Positions 39,512 to 53,209 of a DNA stretch of 64,000 nt are shown piece after piece. Origin of the DNA: Octopus sinensis (taxonomy: Eukaryota). Location of the stretch: the NCBI RefSeq assembly GCF_006345805.1, contig NC_042999.1, positions 168,516,001-168,580,000 on the forward strand, given 5' to 3'. Numbering within the stretch: the stretch's first letter is position 1; the number at the start of each line of letters is the position of its first letter. The translations under genes were made by a program, and so were the position numbers. Under the pieces are notes generated by a model. That model did no database searches. It was not told where the DNA came from and saw only the letters and a program-made list of their open reading frames with translations.

Positions 39512-39897
39512 GCTCTTACTCTTTTACTTGTTTCAGTCATTTGACTGCGGCCATGCTGGAGCACCGCCTTCAGTCGAGCAAATCTACCCCGAGACTTATT
39601 CTTTTGTAAGCCCAGTACTTATTCTATCAGTCTCTTTTGCCGAACCGCTAAGTGACGGGGACGTAAACACACCAGCATTGGTTGTCAAGCAATGCTAGGG
39701 GGACAAACACAAACACACACATATATATATATACATATATACGACAGGCTTCTTTCAGTTTCCGTCTACCAAATCCACTCACAAGGCATTGGTTGGCCCG
39801 GGGCTATAGTAGAAGACACTTGCCCAAGATGCCACGCAGTGGGACTGAACCCGGAACCATGTGGTTGGTTAGCAAGCTACTTACCACACAGCCACTC
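39512..39897 (-). mobile_element. SINE family A
   Basis: Homologous to the other family A copies. Confidence 0.88.
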
Positions 39898-40454
39898 GCT
39901 GCATACTTTTCTTCATTACAATTTTGAGTAACAGTTTGACTCACCTGCTTATTTGATTAATTAGCACTTTTTGCTGAGAGCAAGCTGTATGTAATTGGTA
40001 GGTCGCTCAGCTTGATGGTCATGAACCCATCAGGTTACGAAGCAACCCTGTGCTACTTTCTGGCTCTCAGTTACTAGAATTCTTTTCATGTATATATCTT
40101 TTAGTGAGCCTACTTTGTCCCATTTTAATGACTAATCATTCTAAATCAATAACCTAAATGATTCTCTGAGACTTTAAATGAAAGTCTCTCATTCTTCATA
40201 TTTTCTTCTCAATCATTAACCTTTGTCACTTTTTGATGCCTTTTACTCAACCATTTTCATAAATTAACATTATCCAATTAATGTAACTCCCTTGCATTTA
40301 CTGATAATATTATAATGACATACAATGTTATACTTTCCAAATATATAAATTTCCCATGTGAACGGTGATCTGAGAATTTAGATAAATATTAGTTTGCTAC
40401 TCCACTCATCATTCCATCTTATCACATTAGTAAGAATATAGTCACTAATTTTAC

Positions 40455-40558
40455 CTGTCAAGGACTGCATTTTCATGAGAGCGAAGTTTATCAATAACGG
40501 GTTGAATACCAAGCATCAAGAATTCATATCGAAGATGAAGTCGGAATTCAAGTTGAGT
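40455..40558 (-). CDS. DAAM: DAAM exon (FH3): [34 protein letters not shown](R)
   Basis: Not in the ORF track; read by hand. tttttttgaag / gtaaaa; 104 nt, phase 0-2; [21 protein letters not shown] is a DAAM signature. Confidence 0.95.
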
Positions 40559-40841
40559 CTTCAAAAAAACAAATAAGAAAAAATTAAGCTGAAATTTATA
40601 GACAAATAAAATAAATAAATAATTCAATTTAGGAGTTACTAAACTAGAACTAGTGGAACTGCTAACCTGGTACTTGTAAGAAATTAAGCCTTATTTTTTC
40701 GAAAATTTAAACTGTAAATTCTTGATATTAGCTAAATTATTTTATTCATCAGTGATATTTATTTCGAAAATTTTTCCACAAATATCTTAAACGCTTCAAA
40801 TGCAATTCTTCATGTAGAATTTTAATGAGACTATATTTTAC

Positions 40842-40952
40842 CTGTCCAGCACCATAATTCAATATGGCATTTATAAATGACATGATGGCAGTTTTCAATC
40901 CAACTTCTTCCTTGTAAACACCAGTACTTCGATCCAAATCATAGATTATAGA
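40842..40952 (-). CDS. DAAM: DAAM exon (FH3): [37 protein letters not shown]
   Basis: cttcttatag / gtaaaa; 111 nt, phase 0-0. Confidence 0.94.
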
Positions 40953-40977
40953 CTATAAGAAGAAAAAATGTTTGTTT

Positions 40978-41011
<34 letters not shown>

Positions 41012-41075
41012 TAGCTATATATATATATATAAAGGGGTTGGAGAAAATAATAGAAATATATATGTATATATACAT

Positions 41076-41110
<35 letters not shown>

Positions 41111-41285
41111 AGTACATATATATATGTTTATATATATCAATATATTTCGTTTTTGGATTTGGTTTGCATGTTTCTTAATATGAGTTCATGAGTTCAAGCA
41201 TATTCTGTTGTGTCTGGAGACAGTCATTTTGTTTTGTGCCTTACAATGTAACACACTCACCAGTAAAATTTCCACTTATTTCTTA

Positions 41286-41594
41286 GAGAATGAATGGGAG
41301 AAAGAGAGTTTGCCGAATGTCGACCCGGCAGAGGGACCAGCTATCTGAATTGACAGTACCTTGGTAGTTAGAGCAATCAAGAGTATGAGGGTAGGGAAAG
41401 CTCCCGGCCCATCAGGAATCACTGCAGAGATGCTCAAAATATCTGGCAGTGCCGGCTATAGCCTAGTCACCTGTATAGTTAACCAGGTGATACACGAAGG
41501 AGTCATACACAATGACTAGTGTAGCAGCACCATAGTCCATTGCTACAAAGGTAAAGGTGACGCCTTAGATACAAATAATTACAGAGGTATCAAT
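41286..41594 (+). mobile_element. RTE LINE RT fragment
   Basis: ENEWEKESLPNVDP...GKAPGPSGITAEMLK...NNYRGI. Confidence 0.82.
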
Positions 41595-41595
41595 C

Positions 41596-42400
41596 ATGGA
41601 GGATCTTAAACTAACAGATAGAACTGAACCCATTTACACCCTGCAAACCTCAGATTACTTTATAAGACCACAAGGATTGTCTTTAGGAAAGACCTTCATT
41701 TAAACTCATGAGTCTTACCAACTCAGATATCGGTCGACTTAAGGAGTCTATCTTAGATAAGATTATACCAAAATTTATTCCAAAAATTCAACTTGAATTA
41801 TGGTCTAACATCAAGGAAGTTCTCTCCTGGTTTACATTCTTACAGATTTTTAAGTACTCATTCCTTCAATTTTATATAAATGCATACTATTCCCCCATAG
41901 TCCTAAACAAGGCCCTTATTTCTGCAAGAAACTGCAGATCCATTACAAAGGATAAGATTGATATTATTCTACTAGCTAGAGGAACTGTAATTGATTTTAA
42001 CCCTGCCAACTTTGATATAGCCATGAGGTCGGGTGACTCAGCCCAGGTTACCTTTTACATTGCTTCACTAAAGAACTCCCAGATCTTCATGGTGATCTTT
42101 ACAGGGATGACATGCTCTTATTACCTACTAATAGTAAAGTTATACTAGAAAGAACATGTAAAAAAAATTAGAAAATTCAACTGAAATTTTTTGAACAAGG
42201 AACAAGAATAGTTAACTTCTTAGACATCTCATTAAACCTTAAATCCAGACTATACTACTCTTATAGAAAATCAGAGGAAACCACTAGAAATGTTAGCAAA
42301 TTTTCCAATCACGCCACTCCATAATTAATTCTTTCATAAAAGGTATTTCACATAGAATTATGCAACTTTCAGCTAACGAAGATATTTGTAATTCATACTC
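41596..42400 (+). mobile_element. Penelope-like element reverse transcriptase remnant
   Basis: ITL-DHK...TNSDIGRL...QLELWSNIKEVLSWF...FDIAM...VNFLDISLNL...KFSNH follows the Neptune-type PLE RT pattern. Confidence 0.72.
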
Positions 42401-42403
42401 TCA

Positions 42404-42791
42404 TCTCTCTCTATATAAACGGCAGTTTGTCTGTGCGTGTTTCTGTGTGTCTGTTTGCTTGTACCCTCACTCTAACCACGGCTTTCAACCGATTCTGATG
42501 AAACTTGACACACACATAGCCCAATGTCATAATTCAAAACTAACGCAGCGAAAATTTTGAAAAGTTCCCCCAGTTCTGAAAAAAATCGATAAATTCGACA
42601 TGGGGTCGAGAATCAAAAAAAATAAACCACAGACTGTCTAGGGGACGCAACTCAACCTTTTTTTACTCTAAAAAAAAAAATTTACCATCATTTTTTTTCT
42701 ATTTTTTTGCTATTTTTTGGCTATAACTCTCTAAAAATGCTTTATAGTTATTTCCCTTACAAACCTGAGCAACGCCGGGCGATACTGCTAG
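42404..42791 (+). mobile_element. Non-autonomous Helitron
   Basis: A|TC...CTAG|T; hairpin cctgagcaacgccggg. Confidence 0.82.
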
Positions 42792-43138
42792 TTTTTTATA
42801 ATTTGGCTCTTTCTATCCTGCTGCTAAAATGATAGAATACAGAACACTCTGATACCATGACCACTCTCCTCCACAAGCAACTGTGCTCTTGACATTCAAT
42901 TTCCATTGTAAATGACACATAAAAAAATTAAAACACTGCAAAAAAAGTTGTTCAAATGTCTTTTTTTTTACAATGATTGAGTTAAGAATCAGTATATGTG
43001 TGTATGTATATATGTCCTGGGTATGACATTAAACTGCATCTGGTGGTGAGGCTTCAGTTCAGAAGTTGTCGGTAGCATGGAGTCAGTCAATAATTGCCAT
43101 TACTTTCAGGTCTGTTCTGACCAAGAATAGTAGTACCT

Positions 43139-43373
43139 ATTTCTTTATTACCCACAAGGGGCTAAACACAGAGGGGACAAACAAGGACAGACATAGGTAT
43201 TAAGTCGATTACATCGACCCCAGTGCGTAACTGGTACTTAATTTATCGACCCTGAAAGGATGAAAGGCAAAGTCGACCTCGGCGGAATTTGAACTCACAA
43301 CGTTGCGCCAGACGAAATACCGCGAAGCATTTTGCCCGGCGTGCTAATGTTTCTGCCAGCTCGCCACCTTGTA
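43139..43373 (-). mobile_element. tRNA-type SINE family B (Meta-domain-like core)
   Basis: 9-bp TSD gtagtacct; core gcctttcatcctttc..ggtcgataaattaagtaccag. Confidence 0.8.
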
Positions 43374-43651
43374 GTAGTACCTGTTAGGGTTCCATCTATG
43401 AGTTAAATGGATTTTGCAGAGATTGAAAAAGTTCCCATTATTTTTGACAAAGCCATGGAGAAGGTAGCTCTTTTAGAAGAAAGATACTCTCGCATAAAAC
43501 TTGCAGACAAAGTAGTACCGATCATTTTGCAATGCTTGTCAGTGAAACCTACTATGGTGACTGTGAAGGGGACAAAAGTGTTTCACAAGTCACTTAAAAT
43601 CAATGACGTACATATGTCTCCTTGATCCAATTTTTGTTTTATGTAATCAAT

Positions 43652-44054
43652 GGCGCAGGAGTGGCTGTGTGGTAAGTAGCTTACTAACCAACCACATGGT
43701 TCTGGGTTCAGACCCACTGCGTGGCACCTTGGGCAAGTGTCTTCTGCTATAGCCCCGGGCCGACCAATGCCTTGTGAGTGGATTTGGTAGGCGGAAACTG
43801 AAAGAAGCCCATCGTATATATGTATATATATATGTGTGCGTGTATGTTTGTGTGTCGGTGTTTGTCCCCCTAACATCGCTTGACAACCGATGCTGGTGTG
43901 TTTACATCCCCGTTACTTAGCGGTTCGGCAAAAGAGACCGATAGAATAAGTACTGGGCTTACAAAAAAGAATAAGTCCCGGGGTCGAGTTGCTCGATTAA
44001 AGGCGGTGCTCCAGCATGGCCGCAGTCAAATGACTGAAACAAGTAAAAGAGAGT
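43652..44054 (+). mobile_element. SINE family A, full length
   Basis: ggcgcaggagtggc start, aaaagagagta tail. Confidence 0.9.
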
Positions 44055-44482
44055 AATGGATGTGTAGTGTGAAAAGTCATTTCCATGAACATGTAAGGAT
44101 GATTCATAAGAATCAAAGTGAATCTAAGACAACTATTGCCTGACAAGATGAGGCAGTCATCATGTATTTACATATGAATATATTTTCTTGTTTTCATTCA
44201 TATGTCATTACATATTGTCTGTATCTTTGTGAGTATTGTTAATCATTAACTTGCTTGCATGAATAACCCCATTTTTATGCGTGTATGTACATGCGCATTG
44301 ATGTTTGTGTCAGTGCATCATTATGACCATATGTTAGTGTACATGTAATAACATGTAGGTGTATGTCTGGATATAGTATACATTAAAATATGGCTGAAAT
44401 AATATTTGAAATTATACTTACAGTTGTTTGAGCTTATTGTCATAATGTGATTGTGGAAGGTGTTATTTTGAGTAAGAAAAGT

Positions 44483-44890
44483 GGCGCAGGAGTGGCTGTG
44501 TGGTAAGTAGCTTGCTAACCAACCACATGGTTCCGGGTTCACTCCCACTGCGTGGCACCTTGGGCAAGTGTCTTCTGCTATAGCCTCGGGCCGACCAAAG
44601 CCTTGTGAGTGGATTTGGTAGACGGAAACTGAAAGAAGCCCGTCGTATATATGTGTATATATATATATATGCGTGTGTGTGTCTGTGTTTGTCCCCCTAG
44701 CATTGCTTGACAACCGTTGCTGGTGTGTTTATGTCCCCGTTACTTAGCAGTGCGGCAAAAAGAGACCGATAGAATAAGTACTGGGCTTACAAAAAGAATA
44801 AGTCCCGGGGTCAAGTTGCTCGATTAAAGGCAGTGCTCCAGCATGGCCACAGTCAAATGACTGAAACAAGTAAATGAATAAAAGAGAGTA
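44483..44890 (+). mobile_element. SINE family A, full length
   Basis: As above; ends about 40 bp from the DAAM donor at 44932. Confidence 0.9.
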
Positions 44891-44932
44891 ATGGATGTGT
44901 ATTTCTTTAACAGCAATAGAATTTTAACTTAC

Positions 44933-45130
44933 TTGGAATCGTGCTCTTTCACAAGCATACTTCTGATAATGTAGCATTGCTTCCAAAACTTTACGGTGTC
45001 CACCAGGTACCAAACACATGGCTCCAAGGATTTCTAAAGCAGCTATTTTTGTTTTAATGTTTTCTGAGCTGAGGCTTTGAGCAATTATGTTGATACTGTT
45101 TGGATGGGCCAATACATGAGCTCTGCTTTG
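44933..45130 (-). CDS. DAAM: DAAM exon (GBD/FH3): [22 protein letters not shown]...[12 protein letters not shown]
   Basis: ttttcttacag / gtaagt; 198 nt, phase 0-0. Confidence 0.95.
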
Positions 45131-45215
45131 CTGTAAGAAAAGAATTGTCATTTAGTTTTTAATGTTTCTTTCCCTGAAAAAGTTGCTGATCAGTCAAAAC
45201 TTGAAAGTATAATAT

Positions 45216-45256
<41 letters not shown>

Positions 45257-46159
45257 AAACATTTTGATTGCAAGAATTCCCTCCTAATAGGGAGCATATT
45301 TTCAGTGTTCCATTAAGATGACTTATTTAAAAGTAAACTATTTTCCCAGAAATTAAACACAAATAAAGGATTGTATCAAAATCCATTTCTTAAGTATTAT
45401 TTCATCATGTATTATTCATACACAGAACATTGTCAAATGTGCACTAAAAAAGATTAACAAATTCAATTTTTGCTCAAAAAACATTCCAAAAGTTTATGCC
45501 ATGAGAAAGTCAAGAAAAAGTTAAAACCTATCAGTATTTTCATTTTAATAAGTACTTGAAATATATCGGTGTTTATTCAGTTATTTATACACTACAATAA
45601 AAAATACTGCTTTAATTTTTACTGCATATAGCCAGCGCTATCACCAAGTCCCAAACTGCATGTACCTGTATGTTGCAGTTTGGAAATGAAAAGCAGGAGC
45701 TAAGTTTAGCATCATTCTACAAAAAACTTCCTCTTAAATGACTTCTTGCTTACACCATGTGCATTAATTGTTTGCGATTTACACCACGTTTTCTTCTATG
45801 ATCAAGTGAGTCACAGTTGGTGACTTAATGATTTAAATTAGGGGTTGGCAAACCAGGATAAATTACCCCAAGTGGGGTAAAAACGAAATTCCTGAGGGTG
45901 GCAAGGACTCATTAGACAAGTAAAATTATAAATAAAACGTGTTCCTTGTTCCAACAGAAATTTTTGTTCTGACAACACTGCATCTGTCCAATGTAATGGA
46001 TGCAGAAATAGATTCAATGAAATAGATTCAATAAACCTTTTGAATTCAAAGAATCTATGATTTTCTTCCCTTCCAATCAAGGGAATAATATTGGCATAAA
46101 TAAATATATTTGGGGGGAATTGGTTGAAAAAGTTCCCCTACCTCTGATTTAAATAGAGA

Positions 46160-48597
46160 GAAAGATTTTGGACTTGGAGACTATTGAAGTGATATGTAAG
46201 TGTCATCTATACATTCTAGCAAACTATATGATTCAGATTTGAATTTATACTTAGAGCTGTTGAGTAGTGATGACAAAATTGATTCTGAGGAGTGGAGTAA
46301 ACACATAACTGATCACTACGTAAGTCATGTGAGTTTCAGAAAAATATTTGAGTTTAGAAGCAAAGCGCAGAAAGATATGCTTTCATAAAGCAAATTGTGG
46401 CCTAAATGTCTCTCCACACCAGACATTGACATGAAACACACACGTTTCATGTCCATAATACAAGCCATATGTGACAAATATGTCCCAGTGTGCAGGGCCA
46501 GCACACACAAAAACAGGATCATTAGAGAAAGGAAGATTCTTATGAGACGATGGACAAGATTGCGAACTGCCTGAGCAAGCACACCAAAAGTGGTGAGAAG
46601 TCTTGGCTCGAGAGAATGCTAATGGAAATTGAGAAAAGTTTGCATCAGTCTCATGAAAAGGAGAGAGCAGATAAAGAAGCTTGGGTAATAGAAAATATAA
46701 AGTCAAACCCAAAAGCCTTCTTTAAGTTTGCCAAAGAGATGGCCGCAGTGTGCCAGAGGATAGAACCTCTCTTCCAAAAAGATGGTTCCCTCACAGGAAA
46801 TCCAATGAGGATAAGTGAAATACTGAATTAGCAGTTCCAAAGTGTGTTCACTACACCTCTAGGACACAGGCAAGTAAACTAACCAGAAGAATTCTTTGCA
46901 ACTTTACCTGTGGCCAAAGAGGCAAAAATTGAGTACATCAACACTGAAGATGATGATATCACACTGGCCAAAGATGAGATTGACACAAACTCAGCTGCTG
47001 GACCTTCTCAAATCGTGCAAACAAGCCCTTGCAAAACTGCTACAGCTTCTTTTTCAGAGCTTTCTTGCAAGTGGTAAGCTCCCAGTCAAATTGAAAGAAG
47101 GGGTAATATGCCCTATCCATAAGGGAGGAAGCAGAGCAGATGCTAAAAATTATAGGCCTATCTCTCTGACCTCACACATCAGCAAAGTCATGGAACAAAT
47201 AGTCCACAAGAAACTAATCATGTTCCTTGAAGTCAGTGACTTGCTGACTGACACCCAGCATGGATTTCGACCAGGTAGAAGCTGCCTAACACAGCTCCTG
47301 CAACACTATGACTGGGTGTTAAAACAGCTATTAAATGGCTCAAGTGTGGATGTGATATATCTCGACTTTGCAAAAGCCTTTGATAAAGTCGAGCATGGTA
47401 TGATCTGTCACAAACTGCGTGATCTCACCATAGATGGAAAACTTGGAGAGTGGCTGCACAACTTCCTAAAAGACAGAAGACAGGCAGTTGTGAGCAATGG
47501 AGCCTCCTCCAAGGAAACACAAATAACAAGCGGTGTTCCACAGGGCACTGTCTTGGGGCCACTGCTGTACATAGTGGCCCTTTCAGACATGTCCTCAGTT
47601 ACTAAGATGGCCACCCTTGCTAGCTATGCAGATGACACAAAAGTCTCCCACACAATACAAAACCCTGGAAATATTGCACATCTGCAACAGGAGTTGGATA
47701 CAATATACAGGTGGGCTGAGTACAACAGTATGCAGTTTAATGTAGGTAAGTTCCAGGCCCTGCGCTACCGGCACACAAAAGTAAACGACATGCAGACTGG
47801 ATACACTGGCCCGGGAAGAATTGCAATCCCTGAGTCAAAATCAGTGCGCGACCTGGGCATTGACATGAGCAATGATGCATCTTTCCAAGTGCATATTACT
47901 AATTTGGTGATAAAATGCAGACGGCTAGCTGGATGGATTCTCCGAACTTTCAGAACAAGAGAGGAGGAGACACTGATGGTCCTGTGGAAAACTTTCGTCC
48001 TCAGCCGCTTGGACTACTGCTCCCAACTATGGTCACCACACAATATAAAACTAACAGCAGAACTCGAAGCAATCCAACGAAGCTACACTAAAAAGATTGT
48101 CTCAATAAAACATATCAGCTACTGGGAAAGACTGAAGGTATTAAAACTCTTCTCCCTGAAGTGAAGGCGGGAGAGATATGCAGTGATATACATCTGGAAA
48201 ATCCTGGAGGGTCATGTCCCAAATTTTGGCTTTGAAAGTTACCCCAACAGCAGAATGGGGTGCTACTGCATGGTGCCAAAGATCCCAACATCACCATCAG
48301 AATATAGGACCAGATACTGCAACAGCTTGGGTTTCAAGGGACCACAGCTCTTCAATATCCTTCCTAAATGCCCGAGAGACTTGCATGGTGTGGATGTAGG
48401 TTTCTTTAAAACTAAACTGGATCTCTTCTTGTCAGGGGTTCCAAATGAAACTACCTCGGCAGGAAACACTGATGCGGGCAGCGGCGTCGAACTCCCTTGT
48501 TGACCAAATGCCACATATCAGAGGTGGATTCACAAACTAGTGTAGCTCATTCAGCGGTGGTGCCCCAGCATAGCCACAGCTTTTGGGCTGAAACATT
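46160..48597 (+). mobile_element. 5'-truncated CR1/L2-like LINE (same family as 16883-21010) with RT and 3' end
   Basis: NYRPISLTS, YLDFAKAFDKV, PQGTVLGP and SYADD motifs; shares GNPMRIS with the 20427 ORF. Confidence 0.9.
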
Positions 48598-48604
48598 TTA
48601 ATGG

Positions 48605-48808
48605 ATTTATATACACACACACATATATATATATACAAATATATATACATTTGTATATATATTATATATATATATATACAAATATATAACATTTGTATAT
48701 ATATATATATATATATACAAATATATATACATTGTATATATATATATATATATACAAATATATATAATTGTATATATATATATATATATATACAAATATA
48801 TATACATT

Positions 48809-48844
<36 letters not shown>

Positions 48845-48932
48845 AATATATATACATTGTATATATATATATATATATACAAATATATACATTTGTATAT
48901 ATATATATTATATATACAAATATATATACATT

Positions 48933-48970
<38 letters not shown>

Positions 48971-49117
48971 ATATATACATTTGTATATATATATATATAT
49001 ATATACAAATATATATACATTTGTATATATATATATATATATATACAAATATATATACATTTGTATATATATATATATATATATATACAAATATATATAC
49101 ATTTGTATATATATATA

Positions 49118-49149
<32 letters not shown>

Positions 49150-49150
49150 T
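48605..49150. repeat. Compound (TA)n microsatellite with recurring tacaaatatatatacatttg spacer
   Basis: Read directly; source of the poly-IY ORFs. Confidence 0.95.
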
Positions 49151-52145
49151 TAACGTCTGTTTTCCATGCTAGCATGGGTTGGATGTTTGACCGAGGTCTG
49201 GAAAGCCAGGAGGCTGCACTAGGCTCCAGTCTGCTCTGGCAGTGTTTCTAGAGCTGGATGCCCTTCCTAATGCCAACCACTCTGTGAGTGTAGTAGGTGC
49301 TTTTTACGTGCCACCAGCATTGGGGCCAGAGAAGGCTGGTAATGGTCACGATCGGTTGGTGCTTTTTACATGCCACTGGCACGGAATCCAGTGAAGGTGG
49401 CACTGGCATTGGCCATGTTTGGATGGTGCTTTTTATGTGCCACCAGCACAGGTATCACAACTACAATTTCCATTTGATTTTTAATTTGAAGTTGATGTAC
49501 TTGACTCAATAGGTCTCCTCAAGTACAGCATGTCACCCAACGATCCAAATTAAGCACAGCAGGTTGTCCTATGATCCAAGGTACTTTGAATAGGCTGGAG
49601 CTGGTTATGTGAAGCTCGTGGAGGATACACAGTGGACTCACTTTATTTGTCAGGTCTTTGCAGTCACAGTATATCTCCAGAATTCTTTGTCTTTCGTCAT
49701 TGCCTCTGTGAGGCCTAATGTTTGAAGGTCATGCTTGATCACCTCATCTCATGTCTATCTCTACCCCAGATTCCTTCAACTGTTTGGGAGTGGCACTTCT
49801 TCACACATCTCTCCTCATCTATCTGTAGTACATGACCATACCAGCGCAAACGTCTCTCTTGCACGCCATATCCAATGCTTCTTATTTCTCTCAGGGCGCT
49901 TACATGGCCCATGTTTCACTGCCATGAAGCATAGCAGTTTGCACACATGCATCGTACAATCTACCTTGCACTCTGAGCGAGAGGCCCTTTGTCACCAGTA
50001 GAAACTTTCTAAACTTTGCCCAAGCTATTCTTATTCTAGTGGTAACACTCTCTGAGCATCCACCCCTACTACTAACTTGGCCACCTAGGTAGCAGAAGCT
50101 TTCAACTACTTCTAGTTTCTTCCCCTGGAGTGTGATACAATCTGTTTTCTGAGCATTTGTGGTGTCTATTGTCTCTGTGCATCTGCTGCACATGAAAGCT
50201 ATCTTCTCGGTTAGTCTTCCTTTGATATTGCTGCACCTCTTATGTGTCCATAGCTTACACTGGGTACATCTTATGGAGTTTCTACCTACACCTTTTCCTA
50301 CAGATTAAGCAGGGCCACCTACCTGAATGGGTGTGTGATGAGTTCACCTTACTACTTACTTGAACTTTGGTCTTTGCTGCATTGACTCTGAAACTTGTTT
50401 CCACATTTGAAATTTCTTTTCTAGTTCTGGTAGTGATTCTGCTATGAGGGCCAGGTCATCAGCATAGAGGAGCTCCTAGGGGCAACTCATCTTGAATTCC
50501 TCAGATATTTCCTGGAGGACTATGATGAATAAAAGGGGACTGAGGGCTGAACTGTGGTGGACCCCTATTTCTACCCAGAATTCTTCACTATACTCATTGC
50601 CAATCCTAACCTTACTAACGGCCTTTCTGTATAGGGCCTGCAAAGCCCTTATTAACCATTCCACAATCTCCAGTTTCCACATCGCCCACCAGATAATGGA
50701 TTAGGAGACCCTATCAAAGGCCTTCTCCAAGTCCACAAAAGCTAAATATAGGGGTTTATCTTTAGCTATGTATTTCTCCAGCAGTTGTCGAACCAGGTAT
50801 ATGGCATCAGTGGTGCTTCTACCCGGCACAAAACCGAACTATATCTCATCTAAGCAGACCCTCTCCCTAATGAGATGGGCTATGACCCTCTCCGAGACCT
50901 TCATTACTTGGTCCAGCAGTTTAATACCCCCGTAGTTATTTCTATCTAGAGCATCACCTCTACCCTTGTAGCAGTTGATTATGGTGCTGCTACGCCAGTC
51001 ATTGCGTATGATTGCATCATGAACTACCTGGTTTACAATGCGGGTGACTAAGCCATAGCCCACACCACCAGATGTTTAAAGCATCTCAGCAGTGATTCCT
51101 ATGGGCCAGGGGCTTTTCCTGGTTTCATACCTTTAATTGCTTTATCTACCAGGGAGCTGTCTATTCGGATAGCTGGTCCCTCTACTGGGTCAACATTTGG
51201 CAGGCTCTCCTCCACCCATTCATTCTCCACATTCAGCAGTCTTTCATAATGGCTTCTCGAAGCCTCTTTCTTTCCAGAATCATTAAAAGCAACTGCACCA
51301 TCATCCATGCAGATTCACTTCTCTCCTGTGACATCACAATTTTCTCTCACATACTGTCTTGCAATCCGAAATACCTAAGTTCTTTGGTCCTCATGTCGCT
51401 GGACATTGGCAAACTTCTTCTTTTCCACTTCACCCTTGGCTATGTATACCTGCTGCACAGCCTCCCTTTTGGCTACTTGGTACAGTTCCCTGTTGCCCCC
51501 ACCCTTCCAGACTTTCCAGGTCTGTTCCTTTGCTCTAATGGCTTTGACTACTGTACTATTTCACCACCACATAACTCTAGGTCTGAAGATACCTGCTTCC
51601 CACCCGACATGTCCATTAAAGTCTCCGGCCACAAAGATGAGGTCATTGCCACTCGTCTTTGAGGTAGCCTGTAGAAGGGTATCATATAAGTGGTTCTTCT
51701 GAGCATTTGGTAGCCCCGCATGTGGGGCATAGGCAGAGATGATAGTAGCTGTGCTGTTCTGCAGAACCAGCCTAAGCTTAAGCACTCTATCACAAACCCT
51801 AACAACCTCTATAACCTTATCCACCCATTTCTCTGAGAAGAGTATGCCTACACCCCCTACATCATCCATGTTACCTTGCCAGAAGAATTTGTACCTATGT
51901 GCCTTGCCTGTGAGGACCCTAGCTGAAGCTCCTCTCCATCTTACCTCTTGTATGCAGCATACATCAACCCGTCTCCTTTCAAGCATTTCTACAATCTCAC
52001 TAGACCTACCTCTCATTGTGCCAACATTGACAGTGCCAAATCTGAAAACTGGGAAGGGAATGTGGGATGAGGTTTGGGGAGGAGGAATGTTAATCAGCGC
52101 CTGAAAAGAAGAGGGTTGTTGTGGTGGTGTTTGTTTGTTAGGCAT
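49151..52145 (-). mobile_element. Near full-length RTE LINE, internally deleted and degenerate
   Basis: APE endonuclease (GTVNVGTM...IQEVRW...GDFNGHVG), RT fragments, FCYLG...GSETW, 3' UTR and tail. Confidence 0.92.
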
Positions 52146-52185
52146 GCTTCATTTGTTCTCTCATATATACAATAAATATATATAT

Positions 52186-52377
52186 ATAGCCTGAGGCCCA
52201 CAAGAACCTTGTGAGTGGATTTCGTACACGGAAACTGAAAGAAGACCTTCGTATCATCATCATCATCATCATCGTCGTTTAACGTCCGTTCTCCATGCTA
52301 GCATGGGTTGGACGGTTCGACCGGGGTTCTGGGAAGCCAGAAGGCTGCACCAGGCTCCAGTCTAATTTGGCAATGTA

Positions 52378-52417
<40 letters not shown>

Positions 52418-52627
52418 TGTCTGTCTTTGTTTGTTTGTTTGTTTGTAGCCCCACCATCGCTTGACAACTGTTGTTGCAGTGTTTATGTCCTTGTGACTTA
52501 CCCATTTGACAAAATATACCAATAGAATAAGTACTAGGCTTACTAAGAATAAATCTGGGGTTGATTTCTTCAAGTAAACGCGGTGCTCCAGCAGGGCCAT
52601 AATCACATGACCGAAACAAGTAAAACA
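52186..52627 (+). mobile_element. Diverged SINE family A copy split by an RTE-tail insertion (52255-52376)
   Basis: Both halves are homologous to family A. Confidence 0.7.
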
Positions 52628-52806
52628 ATAGAAAACTATATCATTTTAATCCTGAGCAATGCCAGGTATCAAAAGTTACTCCTCCAATATTTTATTCATT
52701 CAGCCATTCCTCCTACACCAAATTTGTTCACTTCTTTTAACCCTTTCATTACCAACCCGGCTGAAACCAGCTCTGGCTCTAGTAAACATGAGTTGTATCT
52801 ATTATT

Positions 52807-53045
52807 CAGAGGGCTAGCCTTGTCTGTAGAGTGCTCAGCCACTTAAACGTTAATTTCACGAGCAGGCTGTTCTGTTGATTCGGATCAACCGGAACCCTCG
52901 TCGTCGTAACCAACGGAGTGCTTCCATCCATCAGAGGGCTAGCCTTGTCTGTAGAGTGCTCAGCCACTTGCATGTTAATTTTATGAACAGGCTGTTCTCA
53001 TTAATTGAATCAACTGGAACACTTATCATAACTGACCGAGTGCTA
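52807..53045. repeat. Tandem duplication, ~124-bp period
   Basis: tcagagggctagccttgtctgtagagtgctcagccactt occurs at 52807 and 52931; downstream halves have diverged. Confidence 0.8.
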
Positions 53046-53209
53046 GACTTATTTTCTACACACAAGGACAATTTCTTACAACACCAATATTTTACGTGTA
53101 GAATTTTTTTCCCCATCTTAATTTACTTTTGCAACAAACAGATGTAGAAATATTTATAGCCTGAATCCTGGAGATCAGAGAAGAGACAGGTTGAAAACTG
53201 ATTACTTAC

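Noticed and set aside
48537-49251. Long IY-rich ORFs in many frames
   Set aside because: Microsatellite translation artefacts.
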